A stretch of 64,000 bases of DNA from Octopus sinensis (taxonomy: Eukaryota). The notes below the pieces were generated by a model. The model was not told the DNA's origin. It worked only from the letters and a program-made list of their open reading frames with translations, and made no database searches. Numbering within the stretch: position 1 is the stretch's first letter; each line of letters starts with the position of its first letter. The stretch covers positions 1-64,000 of the forward strand of contig NW_021834238.1 of assembly GCF_006345805.1 (NCBI RefSeq), given 5' to 3'. Made by a program: the position numbers and the translations under genes. This document shows positions 41,666 through 55,205 of this stretch, in pieces.

Positions 41666-42138
41666 CCTCTGATGGTCTGGTCGGTCACGTGATATATGTA
41701 TTTATTGCTATATTAGGTAAAATTTCTAATGTAAGAAAATGGAGAGTTGTGGATGTATAGTTAATTTAGTTGTATCATAGTTTGTTGTTAATATAACGCA
41801 AATAATTTCTTTAAAGCGCAATGGAATATTCAAAAGACCTACATATCTTTCGATTATGGCCCCTCTGCAATACATTATTCAAAGCATTTGGGTTAAATAT
41901 TACGTTAAGAATTTAAGCTGCAAGGAGTAGAATCTCTGCAGGGTCTTTGTTTAATAATATCGGATGTTACATCTTTCTTCAAGGAATTCAAATCTACAGC
42001 TAAAGAAGTTCAACTTGTTATTTCATATATACTGTGTAAAAAAAAATATGAAATAAAATAAACTATTTAAAATAAATAAATAAATTACGAAAATACACAC
42101 ATACATAGAGAGAGAGAGATACATTATGTGTGTGTGTG

Positions 42139-42178
<40 letters not shown>

Positions 42179-42729
42179 GCGATAAGCTGGCTGAATCGTC
42201 AGTAGACCGGGCAAAAAGCTCAGCGGCATTTCGCCGACATTTTGTTCTGACTTTAAATTTTGCCGCGATCTGCTACACCTCTCAAGGCTGTTCTCCAGCA
42301 TGGATGTAGTCATATGACAGAAATGCCATAGATATTTAGTACGGATAGGAATATTGTGTACAGTCATAAAGGTTGCCCTATAGATGTGAACTTCTCCAAA
42401 TGAGAATATAAACAGACTGCTACTCCGAAATTTGTGTCATTTTCACCCTCATACATACCAATAATCATTGACTCACTCGGTGATGTTAGTGAATGTCTAA
42501 TGGACGACAATCTGGAGAAGCTAAGATTTTCAAGAAAAGAAAAAAATTATCTAAAATAAAATTCATAGATGCGGTCTGTCAGTGGAAAAGTAAAAATGCA
42601 AAACTTTCTTAAATTCCTATCAAAGTATCGAAGTTGTCATTCGAAATTCATTAATACAACTTTTCCATTTTGTTAGTAACTAACTTTGTCTTTTTATTAT
42701 AATAATCTTTTCAAAATTTAGCACAAGTC

Positions 42730-42898
42730 CAGCAATTACATGGAAAGAAGTAAGTCGATAACATCAACCCAGTGCTCAGCTGGAACTTACTTTATCGACC
42801 CTGAAACGTTAAAATCTAAAGTCGACCGCGACGAAATTTGAACACAGAACGGTACGACAGAAAAAATGCAACTAAGCATTCCGCGCGACGTGCTTTCT
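42730..42898 (-). mobile_element. diverged family A-related SINE
   Basis: TTTATCGACCC, AAAGTCGACC and ATTTGAAC motifs in minus-strand order. Confidence 0.7.
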
Positions 42899-45047
42899 AA
42901 AAATAATATGAGAAAAGGACACATATAAACATGAATTGTATTGGCTGTCAGTTATAAAACTAATATCACTTATTTCATTCTTGTAGTTATAGAAATTTTC
43001 CCTTATTGTTCTATTTATATATCAAGGAATAGAGAGAAAATATATTTCACATTCGTCATGTAACATTTCATAATTATTAAATATACATTTTTTTTTTATA
43101 ATTTAATATTTGCTCTATGAAATAATTGGAGCAGAAACAGTAGAGAGCGTAATTAAATTCTGTACGGTATTTAGTTGCGACCATTTATTTTCAGACAATA
43201 ATCCCGGTTAACCTTCCCTTTTTTCTAGGCTCCATGACTACTGATGCCTATTGTTTCGACGAAACCCTTCACCAAGAGTTTCTGGATTTCTGCATAACCT
43301 ATAAATCACAATTAATATCTGTATTCCATTCTCACAAATATTTGGTATTTATTTATTTGGCATAACCCATATCTTTGGTGGGCTCTGCTGAATTTACTAT
43401 ACATTTAGGTCAGCCAAATTTCTCATTCAATATATTCCCTCTTCTGAAACAGACTACTTTTTATAGGTTTCTTTCTATGCTCTAGTATTAATGCCTTACA
43501 ATAACTCAAATTCAACTTGAATTTCATTAATCCAGCGACCAATCATTTTGTTTAGGCTGTCAGAATGTTAAGACAGGATTGGCGTTATCCCAGCTTTTCT
43601 GACTTAGAGCACAAAAAATAAATCAGTATCATTTCTTGGACGGATTGCAAGAACAATGACATTATAATATGAAAAAGCATATGAGTTTGGATTACAAAGA
43701 AAGTACCGATACAGAAGTGTATTTAGTGAGTTCAGAGGATTTACTTTTTGAATTTATTCCGCTGAATACTGTAGAGTATAGACGTAGGAATTTGATAAAC
43801 ATTCTTTGATACTAAGCTTCGATAAATGTTTACATCACCAAGTCATTTCATTTATAACGCCAATATTCATTCAATTAAAATTATGAACAAAGTATTGCGT
43901 TTTCAAGACGATATATATTTGAAATAGCATAATATTTAAGAAGGCAACATTTGCATTTTGATGAATTTGGCCATGTATTCTCCAATGCCTGGCTGACACG
44001 TCACCGAATGTAAATGTACACATGCAGTCATTTCACCTTCTGGGTATTAATGAATGTTATTATGAAACACAAGAAAGGTATCACTTTCCGTTCTGCTTCT
44101 CTTAAATATACACAGCTTTATAGCAAAGCTAAATTTCTTCCTAATTAAAATGAATCTTTAGATATGTCAATGTTCTACACGGTCATTCAACTTGCTAGAA
44201 GCAACAAAGATATTTTCCTCAAATCACACCCTACCATTTAAAATGAGAGTCAAGGCATATGAGATACTGTCGTTATGGAAATCCAAAACTATGCGATGCA
44301 CTTTGCTAAAATGCATTTGATGGCCGGTATGACTACACAGGGCCGACGACACTTCATTCTCCGAAATACATTACGTACCAGCGCCAGCTTTTTTCTCTGT
44401 CAAAATGCTGGAACATTGTTCAACGCACATCAGGTTTTCGAATAAGCCGTTCTGGAAAATATGCCATCTTCTAATATATATTCATAAAAATATAAAACCT
44501 AATATAATAACCCAGTTCTCACAAACAGCAGAACCATTAGCATGCCGAACAAAAGGAGTAGCGACATTTCGTCCGTCGTTACGTTCTGAGCTCAAATGCT
44601 GCCGAGGTCGATTTGGCCTTTCATTCAGTCAAAGTGTATAAAATAAGTATCTGTTGAGCATTGGTGGTGGGCTACTTTAATTGATATTCCCTTCCTCTCA
44701 AAAACTGCTGTCAAACTTCGAAACCATTATCTGTTCAGAAATACTGGGGAATACGATAAATATATTAAAGTCACAAGAAATATCACCTCACATGGTATCG
44801 TGGACCCAATGAACAGTAATATACTGTGCGCAGTGTGATCGAAACTGTAATCCAATTGTTACGAAGCGAACTTATTAACCACAAGGATATGCGTGCACAA
44901 CACCAACTGCTCAATGAAAAAACAATTTTTATGGACTGCGAGATAGATATGACAGCATAATATATTGCAAAACAGGATGATTCTATATTGCTCCACTTTC
45001 TAAATGAAAAAGTGCGAATAATAATAATCATCATCATCATCATCATC

Positions 45048-45090
<43 letters not shown>

Positions 45091-45834
45091 TAATAATAAT
45101 AATAAAATTTTAGCAACAAATACATTAAAAATAAATTACTGCAAAAACATTAACATAGCAAAAAAATTATAAAACACATGAAGACCTAATCCTAACATGT
45201 TATTCATGAATGAATAGACACAAATGAATGAGCGAACGGATATTAGTTCAGAAATATCCTCTTGTAAGCAAAATATCTAATAGCCAATAGAAAATTAAAA
45301 GGATATACCTTCAACAATTGCATTGAAAATATAAAATATTAAACAAATAATATTAAAAAACCAGTTCTCACAAACGGCAGTTTTAAAATGAATTTAATGC
45401 AACACAATAAAGATATTTTCTATTGACATTCATATGGAAGCATTTTTAGATTTAGTATCGATAATATTGTAATATACTTTTTTTCTTTTCTTTTTTTGTC
45501 CTCAAATATTATTAGATTGTGAAAGCCATTCTGGATCTTTAACTGACTGAACGAATTGGTTGCTGTTTAGTTCTAGTTAAGTGTAATCATATACAAAAGA
45601 GTCTGCAATTTAGTTTCGAATCCTGCTTGAAGATAAACTAGTTTCTCTACGCTGTAACTTAGCTAGTGAAGTGGCAGAATCTTTAAAGCATCGTATAGAA
45701 TGACTTGCAGATTTCATTCCGGCTCTCTACGATCGGGTTTCAAATCACAGAGATGTCAATTTTCCATTTCATCCCAATATGATAAAATGTTAGTCTTGAA
45801 CCAACGTCGACTCCCCCCTCTCTCTCTCTCTCTT

Positions 45835-45993
45835 TACGAGGGGGTGCCGGAATATTCTTGGTTTTAAGGCTGTCGCAAAAGGCCTGGTTGGGGGACCTGA
45901 CCTTCCGAGTTCTTTTACAGGGCTTAATATCATAATGAACTGATCCTCGTGCATATTCTTTTGCCAGGAACGTTTCAGCAACCTCACCTCGTA
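45835..45993. mobile_element. short mariner-derived MITE (same family as 54176-54380)
   Basis: TACGAGGGGG.. left end and GCCAGGAACGTTT..CCTCGTA right end. Shares TTCC..GTTCTTTTACAGGGCTTA with the 54.2-kb copy. Confidence 0.7.
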
Positions 45994-46743
45994 TGGAATT
46001 CCCTGCAGAATTCATTCCGATCTGATTTTAAATCACAAAGGAGTCAATTTTCCATTTCATCCTTTCGGGATCAATACATAAAATATTGTACCAATGCCGA
46101 TTCTCTCTCTCTCCCTCCCTCTCTTTCAATCACTCTTTCTCTCTATCTATCTATGTATCTCTATACCTCTATCTCTCTCATACACACTCTTTCTCTGTCA
46201 CACTCTTTCACTCTCACTCTCTCTCTCTCTCAGTCTTTCTCTCTCACTCTTTAGAAGACAGCTGCTATATTCGGATGTGGAGAGACACCAACATCTCCAT
46301 ATTGGAAAACATCAGGTTTTAAGATGCCGAACTCATACCGTATATTACGATAGCATTTCTAAAATCGTAATGGGATTTCAGAGGCACACAGCACGTGAAG
46401 CAGCAACTACAGTGAGAACAACAGTGAATATCACAATTTCAAATGCAAGGTTATCTTATATTGTACATTGTCATTATTATCATATTAAATACAGTGTTGG
46501 AGTGATGACCAATATGCTTTGAGCTATTTCTGATGGGTATTGCTTTGAAAATTAGGCTTCTGCGCTGAGGTGCGGGGAAGTCAAATTTGCATCTTACCCC
46601 GGAGGGAGAATTTGATTATGTACAAATGAAGCACAGAGTCGGTCTAAACGGTAAATATCTACTGCAAAATAGAAGTGTTGTAGTTCTCCATACTCTTTCC
46701 CTTTCTCGCACTCCTCCTTATTCTTCTCCATACTATTATTACT

Positions 46744-46940
46744 AAGGCAGTGTGCTGGCAGAATCGATAGTATGCCGGACAAATTGCCAACCGGCATTTC
46801 GATCGTTTCTTCGTTCTGAGTTCATATTTCACCGGGGTCGACTTTGCCCTTTGTATATTCGGGGGCGATATTTGGAATGATGTAATCAACTTACCCTTCT
46901 CCAAAACGTCAGGCCTTATGCCTATACTATGAAAAAAATC
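46744..46940 (+). mobile_element. diverged family A-related SINE
   Basis: GGCAGTGTGCTGGCAGAATCG head, TTCTGAGTTCA and GGTCGACTTTGCC. Confidence 0.7.
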
Positions 46941-46980
46941 TTATTATTATCATTACTGGCTTGTGCCAAAATTTGAAATC

Positions 46981-47044
46981 ACCATCATCATCATCATTAC
47001 AATAGTCGTCATCATCATCATCATTATCATCATTAACATCATCA

Positions 47045-47135
<91 letters not shown>

Positions 47136-47170
47136 TATTGTTATTATTATTATTGCTATTATTATTATAA
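46981..47170. repeat. (ATC)n/(ATT)n microsatellite; source of the poly-Ile ORF at 46963
   Basis: Direct reading of the sequence. Confidence 0.95.
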
Positions 47171-47337
47171 TTTCTGGTAGAATCCTAAGCAGTCATTACG
47201 TTTTGAGTTCAAATTTCGCCGAGGTCAACTTTGCCTTTCATCCTTTCTGGGAGGATAAAATTAAATACCAGTTCAGTACTCGGCTCGATGTAATTGACTC
47301 TCCCCCTTCCCCAAAATTTCTGTCCATAGCAGAAAGG

Positions 47338-47387
<50 letters not shown>

Positions 47388-47395
47388 CATTATTA

Positions 47396-50010
47396 AATAG
47401 TTTTCTTTTTATAAAATGCTTGCATTGCACGACCGAGTTCAGCTCGATGTGCCTTGGGTATGTGCTGTGGTTTGTTAATAGGCTCTTATATTCCCTGCAT
47501 TGAAAGTGTTTTACGTAGGATGTGCGCGCTGCCCAGGAGTGCTATTTTCTGAATGTTATATATACTTGTTAGTCTTGATGGTTCCATTATGTATTTGTCT
47601 GAATGTTTTTTATCATACGTAATGCACCTACTATGATAGGAATTGTTTCTGTTTTTAGACGCCACATTCGAGTTACCTCTATTTCCAGATATTTGCCGTT
47701 TCTTTTACAGAAACATTGCTAATGTCGGTATTGATATATCCATTAGAAAGCAAATTTATTTTCTCTTGGAGATCTCTGACAACTATATCCGGCTTGTAGG
47801 CGTTAATTTTTCTATCTGTGTGTATTGGCATATCCCAGCCTATGGTTGCTTTCTCATTTTGTGAGCTTTTCTGGTATGTGCCTATACGATCTTTTTTCAA
47901 TTGATATTCCATAGTAACGGCAGAGCTTCCAGTTGTATTTGGAATTCACTTAGATACTCCTTTGCCTGTTTTGTTACAGAGTATATATGATGCTTTCTTG
48001 TTCTCGTGCTTGAAGACAAGTTTTAACATCCAGTCATCAGTTTTTCAGGTAGGTGTTTAGGTCAATAATTGCACTATTCATTGTTAATTCCAGTTGTAAA
48101 AGTCCACGGCCACCCTATTATGTAGCCTGTTTTATATCTGCCTCAGGGTGGTGCATTCTATGCATTGTCAACAGTTTTCGTATTTTTCTATCAAGATTAC
48201 ATATTTCAGTAATTGACTAGTTAATGATATTGGATCTGTAAGTCACAGCCGGTACAGCTGAAATATTGATCGCTTCGATTCTGTTTCTTGCATTCAGCTC
48301 TGTGATAACATTCTCTTCTGATCCCTTTCCTCATCATTGAATGTCTGATTCCACCACCTTCAAATACTCCTACGTATTTGTAGCCCTCCGCTGGTTCTAA
48401 CTTATTTATGGCATTCGTCTGGACAAGATTAACGTTGGGTATTTCTCTCATATTTTTTTTGATAAATGTAGCTTTTGCACATTTATCAAGACAAGATTGC
48501 ATCCTGGTGTCATCACTGAACTGTTTAACAATTGCTAGTAAGCCCTGTAGTTGCTGGTAATTTTTTGCAAAAAGCTTTAAAACATCCATGTAAAAGAGAT
48601 GATTTATATTTTTATCGAATATTTTATAGCCATATTGTACATCATCGAGCAATTTCGAAAGAGGTATTAAGGCTGGACAAAAGAGGAGTGGTGATAGAAA
48701 GTGACCCTGGAAAATGTCACATGAAATTCTTACATCTCCAGCATTGAGAGATTCGTTGTCACTGTTCAAAATCAGTATGATTCTTGACCATCTCATACTT
48801 ACAGACAAGAGGTTTCGCACAGTAGGCGCTATTTTATACATTTCTAGACATTTCTTAATCCACCAATATGGTAGACTATCAAAATCTTTTTATAGTCTAC
48901 AGATAAGTTTTTTTTTTGTCGTTTCTGACGATCTCCCAAGATCATCTAATGGATGAGTAGTTAATATTTGCAACCATAGGACACACCTTTATATCCTTCT
49001 TGCTCATTAGGGAATATACCACTTTCTGTTAAAATCTATAGGTATATTCAGTCAAGACAGGTGGTTGTGTTTTATACATTGTCGTTAAGCAAATTATGGG
49101 TCTATAATTTTTTGGTTCATCTGTTTCTTCATTTTTTGGAAATAGGGATGTAACACCATTAACTAGCCAAGAGGGAATTATAATAGTCTGTTGCAAAACA
49201 TTGTTGTAAAGGTCTGTTAGCAGTTCATGGCTCTCTGGAAAAATCGTTGAAATCTTTGCGGATACATAGTACAGGTGATTGAGACCTGTAATATCAACAT
49301 CATTATCTGAAATTATATCCTTAAGTGCAAGGCGAATTTTACTAATCACTTTCAGGTTTTGGTTAGAGTTGTGAATTCCTGGGAGAGCGGCACATTCACC
49401 CAAACTGGTTTCTTTAATTTTCAGCCAAACAATCATGATTTGACTTTTTAGATCAGTGTTCAGTTGGGTCAATTTCCGTGTGACTTTCTTCATCTATTTT
49501 AACTTCAGCTGCCTTGATGTCTATGGTTGCTTCAGAGAGTATTTCACTTTGCTTATAATTTCCATTGACTCTTTCTATCATTACCGCGTTTTCATCAGAC
49601 CTGGTTTGATCTATAATTATTTCCTCAGTAGTATCTTCTTTAGCTGCAATTTCGTTCCCTTTATTCCTTATTGATTATTTAATTTGGTCAATCTCTAATT
49701 CAGCTAGTAATTTCTTTTTTATGATGTTTCTTCTGACATTGGCAAGTTTGTTGCTGTCTATATAGGATATTACTTCAAGGTGTTTCTGTCTCCAGTTTAG
49801 GTAGGTTTGTTCAGTATTAGATTTATTTGTGGCGAAATACATGGTTTGATAGACTGCCTTAAGAATTTCTTTATTATCCCCCCTTGACCATCTTTCATTC
49901 TTTTTGTTTCGGATATTTGATGACAAGCGCGGATGGGGGTATTTCGGTTGCGTTTGTATTTGGCTTTGTCATCATTGAAGCATGACGTGCCTGGGCGTTG
50001 ACATTAGGGG
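47396..50010 (-). mobile_element. R4/Dong-type non-LTR retrotransposon (RT + restriction-like endonuclease), decayed and internally deleted
   Basis: N-terminal LANVRRNII; RT motifs KNYRPIICLTTMYK, IFQG..LSPLLFC and HLFYMDVLKLFAK; RLE motif WDMPIHTDRKINAYKPDIVV; C-terminus IQKIALLGSAHILRK. 3' (TAA)n tail at 47338-47395 and (TAG)n at the 5' flank. Confidence 0.9.
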
Positions 50011-50716
50011 ACTACTACTACTACTACTAATGCTACTACTAATGCTACTGCTACTACTATTTGGTCACAGGCCAACTCTCATCGAGAAGAATTATAATCA
50101 AATTCATTCCTGTTGTGACCCATACCGACTCTTTTTAAGGGTTTATTGTACTCCTTTACCTAATATGTGCTTTGTCGATAACAATTTCGTATGATTCAAG
50201 GAATTTTGGGTTGATGCAGCTAGAATATCCCATGACAAGGAAGTAGTTCTCTTATTTTCACAATGTACCAAATGGGTTACTGTAGTTGTTTTGCTCCGAG
50301 ATCATCTCAGATTAGGCAAACACAAAATCAAATACATTCTATGCATTAACATCCAATCTGTTAATACACCGAGGTATATAATTCAATGTAGAGTTCATTA
50401 TCATACGTCTAAAGCCATTCAATATGATTCAGTGAACCCGGAACAAGCGTATATTACAGATTGGTAAAATTACGAAAAACTGGAACCGAAACATCTTTAA
50501 ACTATACGCAATTACATTAATAATGGTTACACGCACGCACTCACACGCACACACACACACGAAGAGATGGTGTTGTGGATTTCCACCTCGGCATCCGAAA
50601 CTCAGAGTTCTATCTTGCCTATTGAATAATTGTCACATATTATTTTTACAGATAAATTACCTCTATTTACATAATATTGAGGTCTCTTTCTTTCTTTTGT
50701 TATCTTACCGTTTTTA

Positions 50717-50758
<42 letters not shown>

Positions 50759-51238
50759 GAAAGAGAGAGAGAGAGATTTATAGCGAGAGAGATAAATAGA
50801 TATCTTTGCGCATATATAATATATATATGCGTTAGAGTTAGGGTTAGGGTTAATATATATATATATTCATTGAAAACTTTTTCACCGTTCTTGGTTTTGT
50901 TAATGGCTAGGCTAGTATTCAGGCTAGTATGCTGGCATTGGTGTAGCAACATTTGAAATATTGCCGAGGTAAATCTAGCTGAAGAAGACTAATCAAGTTC
51001 ACGATAACAAACGTATTAGAAGAGTCCAAAACTTAAGTACTAGATTATTCGATTCTCGGCTGCACATTTATCTAATGTTCTTCCTCGACGTAAGACGAAA
51101 ATTCTTATGTTCGCTGCTCTCACACGCCTTTACCAGTATATACACAGCGAAGATTTACCATAGCGTCGTACATTTATCGACTGCTATTTGCAGTAAACAT
51201 TGGTGCCTTGTTGTACCACTACTCTCTCTCTCTCTGTA

Positions 51239-51275
<37 letters not shown>

Positions 51276-51379
51276 ACTGATAGACAGACATACATATACA
51301 TATATTATACACGCGCAATGATATCTATTTATCTCTCTCGCTATCTCTTTTTATATTCCTCTATCATTCTGGCTCTCTC

Positions 51380-51427
<48 letters not shown>

Positions 51428-51898
51428 CATACAATTTATTCATAGATACTTGCATACATACATCCGTCCATCCATCCATACATACATAAATACATACATA
51501 CATACATACATACATACATACATACATACATACATACATACATACATGCATGCATACATACTCTATTCTGTAGTTATCAGATCATTAGATTTGGTTAGCG
51601 AGTGTTTGTCTTCCCACTCTGGTTCTACCGAATCGGAATGAGAAATAACTGAAGCGTTGTCTTCTGTTATGCCGCGAGGAGTTTACACTATTTTTTCTCT
51701 ATGTTTTCTGTATCTGAATGATTCTTGTTACCTACAAGTCTCTGTAACAAATTTCTGTACCCAGATATTTTAACCCCTATTTTTATTGCCACTTCAGTTG
51801 GAAGGAAAATTTTACAAAACATTACTAAATCCTGCGCTGCGCGTGTATACAAAGCTAGCCCTCTCCATGTATGGCTTGTTAATATATCTCATTATTAC

Positions 51899-52520
51899 GG
51901 TGGCGAGTTGGCAGAATGGTTAGCACATTGGACGAAGTACCTAGCGATATTTCGTCGGTCTTTACATTCTGAGTTCAAAGCTCGCCACGGTTAACTTTGT
52001 TTTTCCTGGTCGATAAAACATGTACCTATTTCTTTATTACCCACAAGAGACTAAACACAGATGGGACAAACTAGGAGTGACATAGGCGTTAAGTCGATTA
52101 CATCGACCCCAGTATGTAACTGGTACTTAATTTATCGACCCCCGAAAGGATAAAAGGCAAAGTCGACCTCGGCGGAATTTGAACTCACAACGTAACGACA
52201 GACGAAATACCTGTTTCTTTATTACCTATATAGAGAGGACAAACAAGGACAGGCAAACGGATTAAGTCGATTACATCGATTCCAGTGCGTAACTGGTACT
52301 TAATTTATCGACCCCGAAAGGATGAAAGGCAAAGTCTAGCTCGGCTGAATTTGAACTCAGAACGTAACGGCGAAAGAAATACGGCTACGCATTTCGTCCG
52401 ACGTGCTAACGTTTCTGCCAGTTCGTCGCCTTAAAACAAGTGGTGGATAAAACATGTACCATTTAAACACTGGAGTCGCTGTCGTCGACTTTCTCCTCCC
52501 TCAAAATTGCTGGCCTTGTG
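51899..52520 (+). mobile_element. family A-related SINE split by an antisense SINE dimer
   Basis: Head at 51899-52026, resumes at 52446. GATAAAACATGTACC is duplicated at 52012-52026 and 52446-52460. Confidence 0.75.
52027..52430 (-). mobile_element. family A SINE tandem dimer
   Basis: Minus strand: full unit, then junction AAAGAAACA|GGTATTTCGTC at 52212/52211, then second unit. Confidence 0.88.
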
Positions 52521-53029
52521 TCAAAATTTGGAATCAGTATATATCCCGATTAAGACAACGAGTTGGGCCAATCGTTAGTACGCCGGGCAAAATCCTAAGT
52601 GGTATTTACGTTTTTACGTTCTGAGTTCAAACCGCTGAAGTCGGCTTTGCTTTTCATTTTTCCAGATCGATAAATTAAGTACCAGCTGAGCACTGGAGTC
52701 GATGTAATCAACTAAGTTTCTCCTCCATAATTGCTGGCTTTATACCAAAATTTGAGATCACAATAAATAATGCCCCCTAAAACTGTTTTAGGTGCCAGTG
52801 TAATAACCACGTGAATGTTGTCTCTGAAAAATCCAGAATGTTACAGCGTGAGTTGAAGATAGATGAAGAAACAACTTGCTGGCATTTATTATAACGGAGT
52901 AGATATAAGACACGTGAAATTAAGTAACTTCCCACAGAACACAACGGAGCACCCGGTTCAGGAACTGAATCCACAATTAACATCTTGAACACTAGGTAAT
53001 GTGCCTTCATTAAATGAATATACATTTAC

Positions 53030-53200
53030 GTAAGCCGATCGCTCACAATGGATCATAGGCCATATACGTCTTTTCACTACTGCTCTCGACTCTGAGTGTC
53101 ATTGCTACCTCTCTCCAATTAGATAACTGCTTCCTAGCCCTACCTTAGTATCTCTCTTTCATCTACATTCGGGTTGCCCTATCTTCCGCCTCCATTTTAC
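53030..53200 (-). mobile_element. possible RTE-clade LINE 3' fragment
   Basis: Minus-strand GRRKIGQPECR(W)KER resembles the RTE C-terminal GRP..RW.D motif. Short and degenerate. Confidence 0.35.
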
Positions 53201-53316
53201 TAATATATTTCTGTTATCATATATTTCTTTCAATAACATTGGCGTTTTCCTTAAGATAGTGGTATGAGATGTCCACAAGCCCAATTTCTCATGTAGCAAA
53301 AGGTCTTCAGTGATAG

Positions 53317-53530
53317 CCGGCGAGCTTGCAGAATAGTCATTGCACCCGGCAAAATGTTAACGACGTGACATCCCTCTTCGCCCTCTGAGTTCAAATTCCG
53401 CCAAGGTTGGTTTTTGCCTTTTATCTTTTCGGAGACGATAAAATAAGTACCAATTGAGCACCGACTTGAGGTAATCGACTTACCAACTACCCATGAAATT
53501 TCTGGCCTTCTGCCAACATTTTAGATCAAT
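53317..53530 (+). mobile_element. diverged family A-related SINE
   Basis: GGCGAGCTTGCAGAA head, CTGAGTTCAAATTCCGCC and AAATAAGTACC. Confidence 0.7.
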
Positions 53531-54175
53531 ATTAGCCTGTCTTTTTTGTTGTGCCGTATAGAGAAGCCCTACGAGGAATTTCGGCTCGGCTGGCGTCACT
53601 ATCAGAAGCAAAAATGCTGCCACAAGAAGAGCAAGATATTGTGCAGACATATAGAGTGCTTCTATATGTCTATGTGTGTGTGTGTATCTACTTATTCAGA
53701 ATGTGTATATACAAACGTTTGTTTGTACATGTGTATGCTTATATATATAACTGTGTTGTGTATGACTGTACAGCTATATGCTTATATATAACTATACAGT
53801 CATATATAAACAAGTACATGACATTTGCACATATATATGTGCGTGTGTGTGTGTGTGTGTGTATGTGTGTGTGTGTGTGTGAGTATGTATATAGATGTTT
53901 GAATGCATGCATGCATGTACCCGATTAGAATACTGACGGATAAACACCAAAGTCTATGTCTCATCGCACTGTCCTTGATTAATATATTGATAACGATACA
54001 TCTTACACCTGGCATACATACAGAAGCCCGAAGGTGTCGCGCCCTTGACAGGGGCCTGCGAAATTTGAGGTAGCACTGAAAAGAATCAAACAATATTAAG
54101 TAATACATGTAACACCTATTAGATGTGTTGGGTGTCCTTTTCTTTTGTTTCTCCACTCACTCGTGTAAATATATA

Positions 54176-54380
54176 TACGAGGGGTACTAAAACGTTCCTA
54201 GCTTTAAGGGTATCGAGAAAAGCATGATTGGAGGACCAAGGTTCCGTGTTCTTTTACAGGGCTTAGCAAAACTGAAGGACTACTACAAAAAGTGTGAATC
54301 TGACAGAGGAATATGCTGAATACAATCATAATTAACTAATCCTCTAGTATCTACTTTTACATTAAGCCAGGTAGTCTCGT
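54176..54380 (+). mobile_element. mariner-derived MITE retaining transposase C-terminal codons
   Basis: TACGAGGGGTAC left TIR, degenerate right TIR AAGCCAGG..CTCGT. Internal QGLAKLKDYYKK..EYAE resembles the mariner C-terminus. Confidence 0.7.
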
Positions 54381-54626
54381 GTGTGTGTATATATAATGTA
54401 TTCTATCGACCATCGCAGGTGTTACGTTCGAAAACCTTCTACAGAAGTAATTATAATCTAAAACAATGTAAATACCTAACGGCCGCAGAAACCCTGCCAT
54501 TTACTGAGGAGTCCGCGATAGGTAAACAGCGATATGGTGAGGGATTCCTGTGTATACATATATGTACGTGTCTGTTGGTGTATGCATACACACACACACA
54601 CACACCACACACACACACACACACAC

Positions 54627-54663
<37 letters not shown>

Positions 54664-55163
54664 GCAAATAAATCTCCGCGTATGTTTACGTCATACGAAT
54701 TTACAAACATCGAGGGATTTGAAATGATTCATTTCTAACGAGAGAACTGGAAATAGATATACCTATAAATAATAACGTGTAAATAATGGTTTTAAAATCC
54801 CCGGATTAGGAAAAGTTCAAGTCTGCCAGTGGGATACGAACTAACATCGTCTGTAAACATGACCCATCTAAAGGCGTTTAAAATGACGTAAAAATTTCGA
54901 GGGATTGCATTGGTACAATGGTGGAACTATTAACACATTTAGAGAGGATATGCGACCGAGTCGAACGAGCAGCGTTTCAATTCTCAGGGACCTCGTCAAG
55001 TGACGTGAGCACCTATTATGAAACACAGATAAGGGGTCGAAAATCTAGTAAGGCTGTACATAATTCTTTGCAATCTACTGAGAAATATGTAAACACACAT
55101 TTTCTCTATGTAGGCCAACATTGTAGTTTTACACTCACACACACACACACACACACACGCACG

Positions 55164-55205
<42 letters not shown>

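Noticed and set aside
43235-43285. Minus-strand TTGGTGAAGGG..GAAAC
   Set aside because: The core and helix II are too degenerate to call.
50831-50852. GTTAGAGTTAGGGTTAGGGTTA telomere-like repeat
   Set aside because: Only 2-3 units, too short to call an interstitial telomere.
50974-51020. Hammerhead-like string TCTAG-CTGAAGA-A..AAACGT-A-TTAGA
   Set aside because: Helix I and half the core fit, but helix II does not close next to the core and G12 is missing. It could be a relic or chance.
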